DNA of 63,728 nt, the filler included, from an uncultured bacterium (GTDB lineage: Bacteria > Latescibacterota > UBA2968), in assembly GCA_964471275.1 (NCBI GenBank). It is 6 parts of 6 records of this genome, joined end to end, with 100 filler letters (N's around TTAATTAATTAA, not from the genome) between each part and the next. Parts side by side here need not be neighbours in the genome. Positions count along the whole stretch, not along the records: positions 43,281 to 53,459 come from CAYYGZ010000170.1; positions 53,560 to 63,728 come from CAYYGZ010000171.1; 4 more parts are not named here. One strand, given 5' to 3'. Below are positions 48,831-58,912 of this stretch, in pieces. The notes under the pieces are model-generated. The model was not told the origin of the DNA. It made no database searches and saw nothing but the letters and a program-made list of their open reading frames with translations. Position 1 is the stretch's first letter, and the number at the start of each line of letters is the position of its first letter. A program made the translations under genes and the position numbers.

Positions 48831-50471
48831 CTAGAAGGCGCTCAGCTCCGTTGAAAGCGACAGGATGCTCGTGGTGCGGTCTGGTCGCGGTGCATCGATG
48901 ATCGGGCGCTGGTCTGTCCATTTCCGTTGGAGCCGCAGACTGAATCTCCACAAGGCGCCGGCCTCGATGAGGGTCTGAAGGCTGAGCTCCGTGGTGGTGG
49001 TTCGATCACCGGCCAGGAAGATCCTTTCCGCGGCGTCGGTCGGTCGCCTTCCCTGGCGAGCATCGCCACCCACGTTTGCCAGCACGTTATCTATTGTGTA
49101 GTTCTCGCCCTCTCGGCTCCTAGACAGCGAGCTACCGATGCGGACGTGTCGAGACGCCCACCACCGAACGTTCAAACTGATCCGGTCAGCGTTTGGCCCG
49201 AGGGGGTGACCCAGCACTGAGTCAAAATGGGTGTAGGCGTTGATGTCGAAGTTGTGTGCATAGGTATAAGGTTCTAGCCTCGCGTATTCCGACCGTATAT
49301 CAAGATCACTAAGTCCGAATGGATTCACCCAATGGGCGCCGATCTGTATGCCGACCTGATTTGAGAATGCGCCAGGGCTGAACTTACTGAGGTCATCGAA
49401 GAAGACCGCGCCGTACAGCTTCGCCTTGTCCGATACCATGCAGACCAGATCGGCACCGAAGGCGAGGTTGTCCGTTTCACCTGCGTAAGATTGGGCCCCC
49501 ACGAGAACCGAAACCGGGATCGCATAGGCCGGCTCAAATCCTCGATCCCCATACACCACAGATTCGTGGAGCCCGAGTCTGAGGTTTCTGGTCAGCGCAA
49601 GTTCCAGCCGGTGAGCAACGAACCGCTTGGGTGGGGGAAGGGCTCTGCGATGCCCGTTGCTGTTGGTGGTCATCGCGAGGTCGATGGCGTCTACCGGTGT
49701 TCGCAGTGCGCCGAAAACGTGCTCGAATCGCAAGGCCTTGTGATGTGCTTGTAATCTCGCATACAGGTAGGAGGGCGAGTGGTTGTGGAGAGCAAGGTTC
49801 GCGTCACGTCCGGGGCCCCAATCGAATGCTTCCTTCCCGAAGTCCAGCATAAACCATGGAAGGGACAGACGCAACTGGTAGCGAGTCTCTCGGAAATCGG
49901 CTGTCTTCCCTTTCAGCTGTACCGTCTCGACGGGGGATGCCCAGATCGCGAAGCGAGACGTCCGAGGAAGATCGCTCCACTCCCGGGCCTCGAAGTGCTG
50001 TAGCCGAAAAGCGATGTGATCGTGCAGGGTTCCGTGGAGGGCAATCCCCACGTAGGTCTGGGAGACGAATTGCTCGGCTGCCTGATCATCGGATACGACG
50101 TGCGCGGTTTGTCTGAGGAGTGGGGAGATCTGGATGGTCAGTACACTATCTCTGTGGGTGTAGATATTTCTCGGCAGCCGTCCCGATACGGATCTGTCTT
50201 TGTGATCCGAGAAGTCTGCCGTGTAGTCTTTGACCCTTGCCCGCTCGGTGGCAGAAAGCGTCGTGCTTCTGGCGGCTCTGACAAGCGAAGTGTAGATCCG
50301 TTCTCTCGAATAGGGTCGGATTTCCGGCAGAGAAGTGCCGTAGAAACCCCTTGCCTCCAGTCGGTCAAGCAGGTCGTAGACCGGGTGTGAGGAAGGGAGA
50401 TCTGTGAGATCCTGGGTGTGCGAAAAGCTCGTAGTGACCAGGAGCACGATAATGGTTTGTGTCAGGTGCAA
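48831..50471 (-). CDS. Capsule assembly Wzi family outer-membrane protein
   Basis: YDLLDRL, RPYSRE, WGPG, HRLE, ESVVYG, DN, LGHPLGPNAD and C-terminal Phe. Start uncertain. Confidence 0.72.
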   Translation of the reverse strand: MHLTQTIIVLLVTTSFSHTQDLTDLPSSHPVYDLLDRLEARGFYGTSLPEIRPYSRERIYTSLVRAARSTTLSATERARVKDYTADFSDHKDRSVSGRLPRNIYTHRDSVLTIQISPLLRQTAHVVSDDQAAEQFVSQTYVGIALHGTLHDHIAFRLQHFEAREWSDLPRTSRFAIWASPVETVQLKGKTADFRETRYQLRLSLPWFMLDFGKEAFDWGPGRDANLALHNHSPSYLYARLQAHHKALRFEHVFGALRTPVDAIDLAMTTNSNGHRRALPPPKRFVAHRLELALTRNLRLGLHESVVYGDRGFEPAYAIPVSVLVGAQSYAGETDNLAFGADLVCMVSDKAKLYGAVFFDDLSKFSPGAFSNQVGIQIGAHWVNPFGLSDLDIRSEYARLEPYTYAHNFDINAYTHFDSVLGHPLGPNADRISLNVRWWASRHVRIGSSLSRSREGENYTIDNVLANVGGDARQGRRPTDAAERIFLAGDRTTTTELSLQTLIEAGALWRFSLRLQRKWTDQRPIIDAPRPDRTTSILSLSTELSAF

Positions 50472-50728
50472 GGCATACGGCTCGTTACAGTCGTGAATTT
50501 CAGGATTGTCTCCCGATGCAACTGGAACGAATATGAATCTACATCGCTTGGGTGTCAAGCCGTCGCGCATTTACAAGTAGCTGTAAAAACAGAATATAAG
50601 GCCAAAAAGCTATTGGTTAAAATGCTTGACACCTTGTGGGGCAATACATTTCTTAGATACGATCTTCTGCGTCCTTCCCCGGCGACCCTTTTTCACCCTC
50701 TCAAATACTCTCGCGGAGTATAGCGATT

Positions 50729-53459
50729 ATGCTCAAAAAGATCGGTACCGGTTTTCTCTGGCTCATCGCCATCTTCATGCTTTCCTCGGTTACGGTGTTC
50801 AACCCGGGGCAGGTGACGGACTTCTTCGTCAAACTCTTCAACATACAACCCTCGATCCCGGAGATGAAGCCAATCGTCATCACCGAGCGTGATCGGGAGA
50901 TCAAGCGCCGAGCAGATGAGATAACGAGAGATGACCTTCGCGAGACCCTGGAAATTCTGACAACCAACGGTTCCCGCGTACCGGGTTATCCGGGGCACGG
51001 GAAGGCATTCGAATTCTTGAGATCCGAGTTCGTGAAGCTTGGCTTTGACGATCTCCAAATCGAGCGATACGATGTGACGGTTCCCGTCGATCAGGGCGCA
51101 ATGCTTCGTGTCGATGAGACGGGAGAACAGATCAAGCTGTACTCGCTCTGGCCAAATCACGTGCAGACGCCGTCGCTGCCGGCCGCAGGGCTCAGCGGAC
51201 CGATCGTCTATGGCGGCAAGGGAACGTTCAAGGAACTGAACGGGCGACCAATCGCTGGCAGCATCGTCCTGCTGGATTTTGACTGCGGCCAAAACTACTT
51301 CAACCCGAGAATGCTCGGCGCAACAGCAGTTGTCTTCTTCGACAACGGCCGTGTCACGCAAGGAGAGGCACAGGACAAGTTCCTGCTTGTCCCTGCGGAC
51401 CTGCCTCGCTTCTGGGTTGAGAAGGACGACGCGCAGACGCTGCTCGGGTTGGCCGAGAAGCAGGCGGCGGTTACCATGAATGCGAAGATGACGTGGGAGG
51501 AAGTGCCTTCCTGGAATCTGATCGCGACGCTCGAGGGAATAGACGGTTATATCACAGAACGCCAGGAGAGAAAGTGGAAGGATCAGATCATTGTCCTGAG
51601 TTCCTTCTACGATGCAATCTCGGTGGTGCCTGCGCTTGCGCCCGGTGCAGAGAATGCAACCGGCATCGCCGCCCTACTGGAGGCGGCGAAGGCCCTGAAG
51701 GCAATCCCGCCGAACTACACAGTGAAGTTCCTGGCCACAGGTGCGCATTTTCAGGGCCTCCGCGGGATCATTGATTTCCTCTACAATCACTCGCGCGAGA
51801 GTGACTTCTGGCGTGAGCGATTGGAGGAGAACGGGAATGAGATGATCGATTTCCGTCTGTTCATCGGTCTTGACATGAGTAGCGAGTCCGACCAGATCGC
51901 CAGTTTCTCTCACGGTACGTTCAACAACAGTTTCTGGTTGACGGATAACTACCTGAATAACCTGCTGGCTCCCTACGCAGAGAAATTCGACGACTATCTT
52001 GCGAGAGTCTATCCGGACGAGAGTCGCCACGTCGATGCGATCGCGCCGCCTAAGCGGACATGGAAGAACTTCATGCCAGTGCGTCTCGGCTTCGATAGCG
52101 AAATGGTTACACTCGTCGGCAAAGAGGGTATCACGATCTCCGCGCCTTCCACGAGTCGTCGTTTTGTGGATACCCCGAACGACAACCTGGCTAACCTGAA
52201 TCTTGACAACCTTACAAAGCAGACACGGACTCTCGTCGGAACGCTCCTCAAGGCCGGTGAAGATCCGGACTTCTTCCGGGTGTCCAAGCTCAAGCTGCAG
52301 GATCGCGGCCATCGCCTGCACGGCAAGATCCGGAAGTATGACCGGAACATCGACTTCGCGCTGCCACGGGTACCGATGTCAGGCGCCCTTGTCACGTATC
52401 AGCAATGGGGGCAAGGCGACCGAAGGGCCGATCTACGATGCCCGATACGGCACCGGGCCGCAATTTGGTTCGAAAGAGCAGGTCGAGGCAACAGGCGCCT
52501 TTGAGTTCGATATAATGGTGAACCGGTGGGGCAACAGGGTCCTGGCCTACGATTTCGATGAAGAGGGCAGGATTACCTACGCTCCGGATTACGGGACAGA
52601 AGGCGATCTTGAGGCGGCATCGGGTTCGAAGTCGAAGTTTCCGACATTTCAGCGCTACGGTTGGTGGGAAAACGAGATGATGGAGGTCCTCTTCGAGTGC
52701 CGATCCCTCAGCGTTTTCGAGATCATCGATTCGAGCTACCTGACTGCGCTGGACAAGATGTTGGTCCTCAACAAGGATGACGTTCGCCCGATCGAGTACA
52801 GCTATTCGTATGTGGTCGGCCAGAGCACGCTCGAGGGGGATGTGACCCGAGCCGGTGTAGCATTCGCTCGCTACCGTCCGGAATCGGAGCAAACGGATCC
52901 ACTTAAGGTTCTGATGAGCACGGGACTTTTCGGGGTGAAATATCTGTTGCTGAACGCACCCGAGGAGCTGTTGACGGATCCTGTAGACAAATGGGATGTC
53001 GATGAAGAGCTAAAGAAGACCTCGCGAGGCGTCGGGCATCGTGGTGGTGTGATATTCCGGCCCTCATACGAGGCTGCGAAGGACATGTGGGTGGTCGACG
53101 ATGTTCGGATGAAACAGTTGGCGCAATACGGTATAGAAAACCAGCGACTCGAGATGTTCCACGACCGAGCTCGTGAGGCCCTGATGGAGGCGAACACGAA
53201 GCTGGCCGCCTACGACTATGAGGGATTCATGGAAGCCGCACGCCGTGCGTGGGGACTAGAGGCGAGAGGGTATCCCGAGGTGATGTCGACCGCAAACGAT
53301 ACCGTCAGAGGTATCATCTTCTACTTTATCCTGTTGCTGCCGTTCTCGTTTTTCTGTGAGCGATTGATCTTCGGTTTTCCTGACATCACGAAGCGTCTCG
53401 GTGGTTTTGCCGGATTCTTTATCTTGTTCTTCATCATTCTGAGATTTGTCCATCCGGCC
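50729..53459 (+). pseudogene. Large M28-peptidase-like / permease fusion protein; frameshift near 52407-52411; 3' truncated by contig end
   Basis: Frame 1 (50729-52504): SRVPGYPG, YDAIS...APGAE, GLD. Overlapping frame 2 (to 53459) continues with ...RRAWGLEARGYP...IIFYFILLLPFSFFCERL TM region. Confidence 0.65.
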
Positions 53460-53559
53460 NNNNNNNNNNNNNNNNNNNNNNNNNNNNNNNNNNNNNNNNN
53501 NNNTTAATTAATTAANNNNNNNNNNNNNNNNNNNNNNNNNNNNNNNNNNNNNNNNNNNN
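53460..53559. other. Artificial contig linker
   Basis: N-run with central TTAATTAATTAA. Confidence 0.98.
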
Positions 53560-53937
53560 TCGTCGATCTCCCCGGTACGGACCGCTTCACGGATCGGCGG
53601 CGGGGGCATTTGCTGTGTAGGTGTTCGGGACATCGATGGATGGGCCGGCTGCATTGGCATTCTGGTTGGTCTGATCTGCCAAAATTGACTCCCGAGGCCG
53701 AAACCGGCATTCCGATACACAGAATGGCCTGGTTGAGGGGGCCTGACTGGGATCCGATCGCCGGTTGGATCGAGCGAATTTCAGGTTCGTTGAAACGGGG
53801 GAAGAAAGGGCGTCTCGGAAGATCGGCTGGAGGGAGATTCCAGCCAGTGAGACACGGCCCTAATTCCAGCCAATATATAGGCATCTGAAGTGCTAAGTCT
53901 AGCCATTACTGACTTGTCGCCCGGAGGGCACATATCG

Positions 53938-53970
53938 AAAAAGGGAGTGGAAACTCAAGTTCCACTCCCT
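53938..53970 (-). terminator. Intrinsic terminator of ferredoxin gene
   Basis: AGGGAGTGGAA-7 nt-TTCCACTCCCT with an A-run on the plus strand (U tail on minus). Confidence 0.7.
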
Positions 53971-54009
53971 CAGAAATTCGCAGATTTGGCGTATCGACTA
54001 TCGACTGTC

Positions 54010-54735
54010 CTAGAGACTCCCAGCCGGAAGTTCATATGCTTCCTCGATCTTGTCCGTGTTGACCATGTCTATCGCCTCCCACGGACACATCTTCACGCAT
54101 TGCGCGCATCCGATACAGTCGGCCAGTCGGACCTCATCAAATTTACCGTGCCCGTCCAGACCGGCCTCTTTTACGTCGACTTCCTCGATGCAATCGGTCG
54201 GGCAGACCTCGATGCAGGCGTTACAGCCGGTGCAGTAGTCGGGGTTGATGATCGCGATATGCCGTGGACGCCGCTTCTTGGCCGTCATTCCGGACCGTCC
54301 CTCGAGCCACAAGTAATCGTGGTAGCCCACACGAGCGAAATCGGAAACCCGGTTCGGTCGGTATACCTCGCTCTTTGGCGCGAACACGAACTCGCCTTCC
54401 GCGTGTTCGTGACTCAGTCGGTATCGATCCGCGGTAACGATCGTATCCGGCTCATCATCATACACGAAACTGACCAGATCGTATCGAATGCCGATCGTCC
54501 GGGCGGCACGATCCTTCCACTTGAAATGAATTCCCGATGTGAACTCCAGGATAGGGAGACCTGCCTCGACCTCGGTCGTCGCCTGGGGTGCGGCAGGGGT
54601 CGCACCGGCCGGGGTATCGCCGCCCGCCGGCTCAACACCGCCAGCCTGTTTTGCTTTCCGGATCGCTTCCGACTTCGCCTTCGCTCTGGCGGCACGATCC
54701 GTTATGTGGTCGAACTGTGACAGGTCGACGTTCAC
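54010..54735 (-). CDS. 2x[4Fe-4S] ferredoxin-domain protein with N-terminal tag peptide and extra domain
   Basis: CTGCNACIEVCP and CIGCAQCVKMCP; GTG start after SD AGGAG. Confidence 0.88.
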   Translation of the reverse strand: MNVDLSQFDHITDRAARAKAKSEAIRKAKQAGGVEPAGGDTPAGATPAAPQATTEVEAGLPILEFTSGIHFKWKDRAARTIGIRYDLVSFVYDDEPDTIVTADRYRLSHEHAEGEFVFAPKSEVYRPNRVSDFARVGYHDYLWLEGRSGMTAKKRRPRHIAIINPDYCTGCNACIEVCPTDCIEEVDVKEAGLDGHGKFDEVRLADCIGCAQCVKMCPWEAIDMVNTDKIEEAYELPAGSL

Positions 54736-54776
54736 GTCTCTCCTCCTATACCTGATTTCACGGCTAGATCGCGAAT

Positions 54777-54882
54777 AAAATAGGGGTGAAGAACATCGGT
54801 GTCAAGGTGGTGGCCCTTTTCGAAACCGTTCTGGAGGATGCCGATGGGCAATCTTGACTCGGTTTTGGCAGACACTTATATT
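54777..54882. promoter_or_regulatory. Back-to-back sigma70-like promoters (ferredoxin / HEAT gene)
   Basis: Minus: TTGACA(54805-54800)-17-TATTTT. Plus: TTGACT(54854)-17-TATATT(54877-54882). Confidence 0.5.
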
Positions 54883-54925
54883 TCCGAGCATCCAACCAAT
54901 CAATCCGAAAGATCAGGCTAGGCCA

Positions 54926-55843
54926 TTGTCAGAAGATTCGAACCCAACCGACAACACGCAAGAAACAGAATTTCCCCCATCTGCAGGTGACGAAGCCTTT
55001 TCCGAGCCGGATGTCCCGCGGTCCAGACTCATCACACAGTTTGTCGTCTTTCCACTTGCGATCGTAGTCGTTGGTGTCTCGATCTACCTGTTTCTGGGTA
55101 TCCTTACCTCCGACAACCGATCTGCCGGTGATCATCTGGACACGATTCGACGGGGTGGGATAAACAGCCGCTGGCAGGCAGCCTACGAGCTTGTCAAGGT
55201 TCTTTCTTCCGAGCGCGCGAAGGGCACACTCGATCCCCGTTTTGCGGATGAGATCGTCCGCTTGTTCGACACATCGGTTCACGACGATCCGCGTGTTCGC
55301 CGTTACTTGGCGCGCGCGATGGAGATGGTGGACAGTCCCACGGTCGTGGCCGCTCTGATCAGAGCTCTGAAGGATTCTGACGAGGAGACGCGTCTGTATG
55401 CGATCCACTCACTCGGCGGGCTACAGGCGGCGGCGGGCATCCCGGAACTGCTGCGTTTCGCGAAGGATACAGACCCCGGATTCCGCAAGTCTGCTGTTTT
55501 TGCTCTTGGGCAGATGCCCGATGACCGCGTTGTCGAGGCCCTGCGGGTCGCTTCGAACGATCGGGTTCCCGATGTGCGATGGAACGCGGCTCTCCAGCTT
55601 GCGAGACGCGGTGATGAGACGGGGATTCCGGTCCTCGGTGAAATGATCGATCGCTCTTTCCTGACCACGCTGGATATGTTAGAAGAGCAGCGTGTGACGG
55701 CCATGGTGTATGCGCTTCGTGCCATTGGCGGACTCAAAGTTGAGGCCCTCAAGCCACAGGTATTCACGTTGAAATCATCCGATCCCAGCATGAAAGTTCG
55801 GCAGGCGGCAATCGAGGCACTGGAAGCCTGGGAGAAGCCCTAG
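54926..55843 (+). CDS. Membrane-anchored HEAT-repeat (PBS lyase-like) protein
   Basis: One TM, then repeats RWQAAYEL, DPRVRRYLA, DEETRLYAIHSLG, DPGFRKSAVFALG, VPDVRWNAA and VRQAAIEAL. Confidence 0.8.
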   Translation: MSEDSNPTDNTQETEFPPSAGDEAFSEPDVPRSRLITQFVVFPLAIVVVGVSIYLFLGILTSDNRSAGDHLDTIRRGGINSRWQAAYELVKVLSSERAKGTLDPRFADEIVRLFDTSVHDDPRVRRYLARAMEMVDSPTVVAALIRALKDSDEETRLYAIHSLGGLQAAAGIPELLRFAKDTDPGFRKSAVFALGQMPDDRVVEALRVASNDRVPDVRWNAALQLARRGDETGIPVLGEMIDRSFLTTLDMLEEQRVTAMVYALRAIGGLKVEALKPQVFTLKSSDPSMKVRQAAIEALEAWEKP

Positions 55844-55861
55844 GGAAGAGCCCATTTCAAC

Positions 55862-55890
55862 TTGACACGGTAAAATATGTGGGATATATT
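55862..55890 (+). promoter_or_regulatory. Sigma70-like promoter of Rieske/cyt b-oxidase operon
   Basis: TTGACA-17 nt-TATATT. Confidence 0.6.
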
Positions 55891-56119
55891 GCGAGCTTAT
55901 TGTGCCAATAACCGGGTCAACCTGTGACTTTACAATACTTTCCATCCTTTTAGTCGAGATGGATATTGAACGATAATCGTCGGCTGAACACTGTACCAGA
56001 CCTATGTCCGATTCGGCTGATCGCATCACCCTCCCTCACCGAAATCCAGAACATTCCCATTAATTCTTGTTTAGTGACATTTTCGCCTGACGGCACAAAC
56101 GTCGATCGGAGTCATTTCG

Positions 56120-56932
56120 ATGTCTGAAGAAATCGATCTATCACAGTTTGACGATATCGCTGACCGGGTTGAGCGTGCTAAGGCGAAGTCGGCTGCTGTC
56201 CGTGCCGCCAAAGGCGGCGGTTCCGTATCTGGCCCGGCTGCAGGTGCCGGGGGGGGGGATGTGGCAGCATCTTCTGATGAAGAGACGGCCGTTCCCGCGA
56301 AGAAGTCGGCTGCTGGACGTGCAGCTGCGGCCCGTGCCCTGACAGGAGAGGCTGGGGGCGAGACACAGATCGTTGTTCAGACGACACCTACGCCACCGGC
56401 GATCAGACCCGGGCCCGACCGCATCGTTCCTGTTCTCGAAGGGGGTATCACGACGAGACGGGGATTCTTCTCCTGGCTTACCCTGGCTTGGCTGTCGTTT
56501 GCGGGTGCCTCGACCGCCGCGCTGGCTGCATTTGGCCGGTTCCTGTTCCCAAACGTCTTGTTCGAGCCGCCGCAATCGTTCAAGATCGGCTTTCCGGATG
56601 ACTACGATCTGGGAGTCGACGAGAGGTGGAAAGACAAGTTCTCGATCTGGATTGTCAAGGAGCGGACCCAGATGTATGCGCTGTTCTCAGTGTGCACACA
56701 TCTAGGCTGCACGCCGAACTGGCTGTCGGGTGAAGCGAAGTTTAAGTGTCCGTGTCATGGAAGTGGCTTCTACGCAACGGGCATCCACTTCGAGGGGCCG
56801 GCACCGAGACCTCTCGAGCGTGCCCGGATTGTTCTCGCAGAGGATGGACAGATCCTTGTCGACAAGACGCAGAAATACCAGTGGGAAAAGGGTCAGTGGG
56901 AGAATCCTGAGTCCTATATGAAGTTGATTTAG
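56120..56932 (+). CDS. petC: Rieske iron-sulfur subunit of cytochrome bc/b6f-type complex, long N-terminal extension
   Basis: TRRGFF Tat-like motif plus TM; CTHLGC and CPCHGS boxes; GPAPRPL. Confidence 0.93.
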   Translation: MSEEIDLSQFDDIADRVERAKAKSAAVRAAKGGGSVSGPAAGAGGGDVAASSDEETAVPAKKSAAGRAAAARALTGEAGGETQIVVQTTPTPPAIRPGPDRIVPVLEGGITTRRGFFSWLTLAWLSFAGASTAALAAFGRFLFPNVLFEPPQSFKIGFPDDYDLGVDERWKDKFSIWIVKERTQMYALFSVCTHLGCTPNWLSGEAKFKCPCHGSGFYATGIHFEGPAPRPLERARIVLAEDGQILVDKTQKYQWEKGQWENPESYMKLI

Positions 56933-56974
56933 TTCTATTCGAAGACACTCAAGCAACACTCAGTGGAGCCAGGC

Positions 56975-57760
56975 ATGCCGAAGACGTCAGACCTGATGGA
57001 TCAGGTAAAGAAGACCCAGATCTGGAAGTCGATTTTCCGGCACGACATACCTAGAGACGAACGGGGTCGTGCGCAGATTGTCCTGACTAACGTGTTTCTT
57101 CACCTGCACCCGGTCCGTACACCGAAATCCGGTATTCGGGTCCGATACACCTGGTGCATGGGTGGGCTCACGTTCTTCATCTTCATGGTCGAGGTCGTCA
57201 CTGGAATCATGCTAATGTTCTACTACCGGCCTACACTCGAGTACGCATACACCGACATCATCGATCTCGGTGAGCAGGTGCCGCTCGGAATCATGCGGGA
57301 GATACATCGCTGGGGTGCTCACCTGATGATCATCACCGTATGGCTGCATATGCTCCGGGTCTTTATGACGGGGTCGTACAAGCCGCCTCGCGAGTTCAAT
57401 TGGGCGATTGGCGTGATCCTGCTGCTGTTGACACTTCTGCTCAGCTTCACAGGCTACCTGCTGCCATGGGATCAGCTCGCCATCTGGGCTATCACTGTTG
57501 GTTCCAACATGGCTCGTGCAACGCCGTTTCTCGGTCACGAGGGCCCGGGTGCGGCTTTCCTGAAGATCGGGGAAGTCGGTTTGGTCCACGCGGGTGACGA
57601 TGCTCGATTTGGTCTACTTGCAGGACGTTTTGTGGGCGAGGGCACGCTCCTTCGCTTCTACGTTCTGCACTGTCTGGCGATCCCTTTTGTCGCCACGATT
57701 TTGATGGCCGTTCACTTCTGGCGCGTCCGAAAGGACGGCGGTATTTCGGGACCGATGTAA
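56975..57760 (+). CDS. petB: Cytochrome b6-like N-terminal subunit
   Basis: WCMGG (heme ci Cys position), TG-LMFYY, HRWGAH...H, FTGYLLPWDQ and RFYVLH...HF. Confidence 0.92.
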   Translation: MPKTSDLMDQVKKTQIWKSIFRHDIPRDERGRAQIVLTNVFLHLHPVRTPKSGIRVRYTWCMGGLTFFIFMVEVVTGIMLMFYYRPTLEYAYTDIIDLGEQVPLGIMREIHRWGAHLMIITVWLHMLRVFMTGSYKPPREFNWAIGVILLLLTLLLSFTGYLLPWDQLAIWAITVGSNMARATPFLGHEGPGAAFLKIGEVGLVHAGDDARFGLLAGRFVGEGTLLRFYVLHCLAIPFVATILMAVHFWRVRKDGGISGPM

Positions 57761-57791
57761 GTCGGTCCTGTCCCGTGATCGGGGAGGGTAA

Positions 57792-58868
57792 ATGGAGGCT
57801 GTAAAGGGCTTTATCAATTGGCTGTCTGCGCCCGAAAAGCTGTTCGCACTATCGACGGTTTTTTGTCTGTTCGGGTTGAAGGCCAGGTGGCTGTGGACGA
57901 ACAAGGCAGGACTTATTGGTCTGATCGGCTCCGTCGTCTTCTTTGTTCTCAGCTTTCAGGACCCCAACTTTCGAATCATCGTCACGAAGCCGGACAACGT
58001 GCCGATCGTGATGCTCTTCGCGTTTGTCGGATTCTTTCTGTGGCTGAGTTTGAAGCAGGCCCACGAGAACGACGAACGAATCGCACGCGGGGAGGACCCG
58101 ATCGAGAAGGCCGAGTATAAGGAGAAGGTGCTGACCTGGCCCCATCTCCTGTACATCGAACTGATCGCCCTCACCCTGATGACCGTCGGATTGGTTCTCT
58201 GGTCTATCCTGATTCACGCACCGCTCGAGGAACCCGCCAACCCCGCGAATACGCCGAACCCCTCCAAGGCGCCCTGGTATTTCCTGGGTCTGCAGGAAAT
58301 GCTCGTCTACTATGACCCTTGGATTGCGGGTGTGCTTCTTCCATCGCTCGTGATTGTGGGGCTGATGGCGATCCCTTATATGGACAGGAACACGAAGGGA
58401 GCCGGCTACTACACGCTGAAGGAACGACCCTTTGCGATCACGGTTTTTCTCTTTGGATTCATCGTCCTGTGGGTTGTTTTGATCATCATCGGTACATTCC
58501 TCCGCGGTCCGAACTGGAACTTCTACGGCCCGTATGAGTTCTGGGATCTGCACAAGCTGCAGGCACTTGTCAACGTAAACCTGTCTGAGTTCATCTATGT
58601 GAAATGGCTCGGTACGGGATTGCCCAAATTCTGGCTGACGAGGGAGATCTGGGGGTTGCTTGTGTGCGCGGCCTACTTCCTCCTGCCGCCGCCTCTGCTG
58701 GCCAGAACGTTCTTTAAGGATTTCTATAAACAGCTGGGCTTCGCCCGCTATAGCGTCATGGTGGTGTTCTTCCTTTTCATGGTTTCCTTACCCGCCAAGA
58801 TGCTGCTGCGATGGTTCTTTAACCTGAAGTATATCGTAGCGATACCCGAATTCTTCTTCAACATCTAG
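57792..58868 (+). CDS. petD: Cytochrome b C-terminal / subunit IV-like protein with extra TM helices
   Basis: WP, APLEEPANP...PNPSKAPWYFLGLQE (PEWY equivalent), IPYMD...RP and GTFLRGP. Confidence 0.8.
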   Translation: MEAVKGFINWLSAPEKLFALSTVFCLFGLKARWLWTNKAGLIGLIGSVVFFVLSFQDPNFRIIVTKPDNVPIVMLFAFVGFFLWLSLKQAHENDERIARGEDPIEKAEYKEKVLTWPHLLYIELIALTLMTVGLVLWSILIHAPLEEPANPANTPNPSKAPWYFLGLQEMLVYYDPWIAGVLLPSLVIVGLMAIPYMDRNTKGAGYYTLKERPFAITVFLFGFIVLWVVLIIIGTFLRGPNWNFYGPYEFWDLHKLQALVNVNLSEFIYVKWLGTGLPKFWLTREIWGLLVCAAYFLLPPPLLARTFFKDFYKQLGFARYSVMVVFFLFMVSLPAKMLLRWFFNLKYIVAIPEFFFNI

Positions 58869-58912
58869 AGTACAGACTGTCTGTTTGATGTCTCTCATGT
58901 GGAGCAGCCCTG

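Noticed and set aside
10880..53559. Five regularly spaced TTAATTAATTAA motifs within N runs
   Set aside because: Artificial linkers. The internal contigs are 10850, 10842, 10309 and 10179 nt, i.e. sorted by size, so adjacency across linkers has no biological meaning.
53560..53888. Partial ORFs at the start of contig 6
   Set aside because: No recognisable motif in any frame, so a call cannot be supported.
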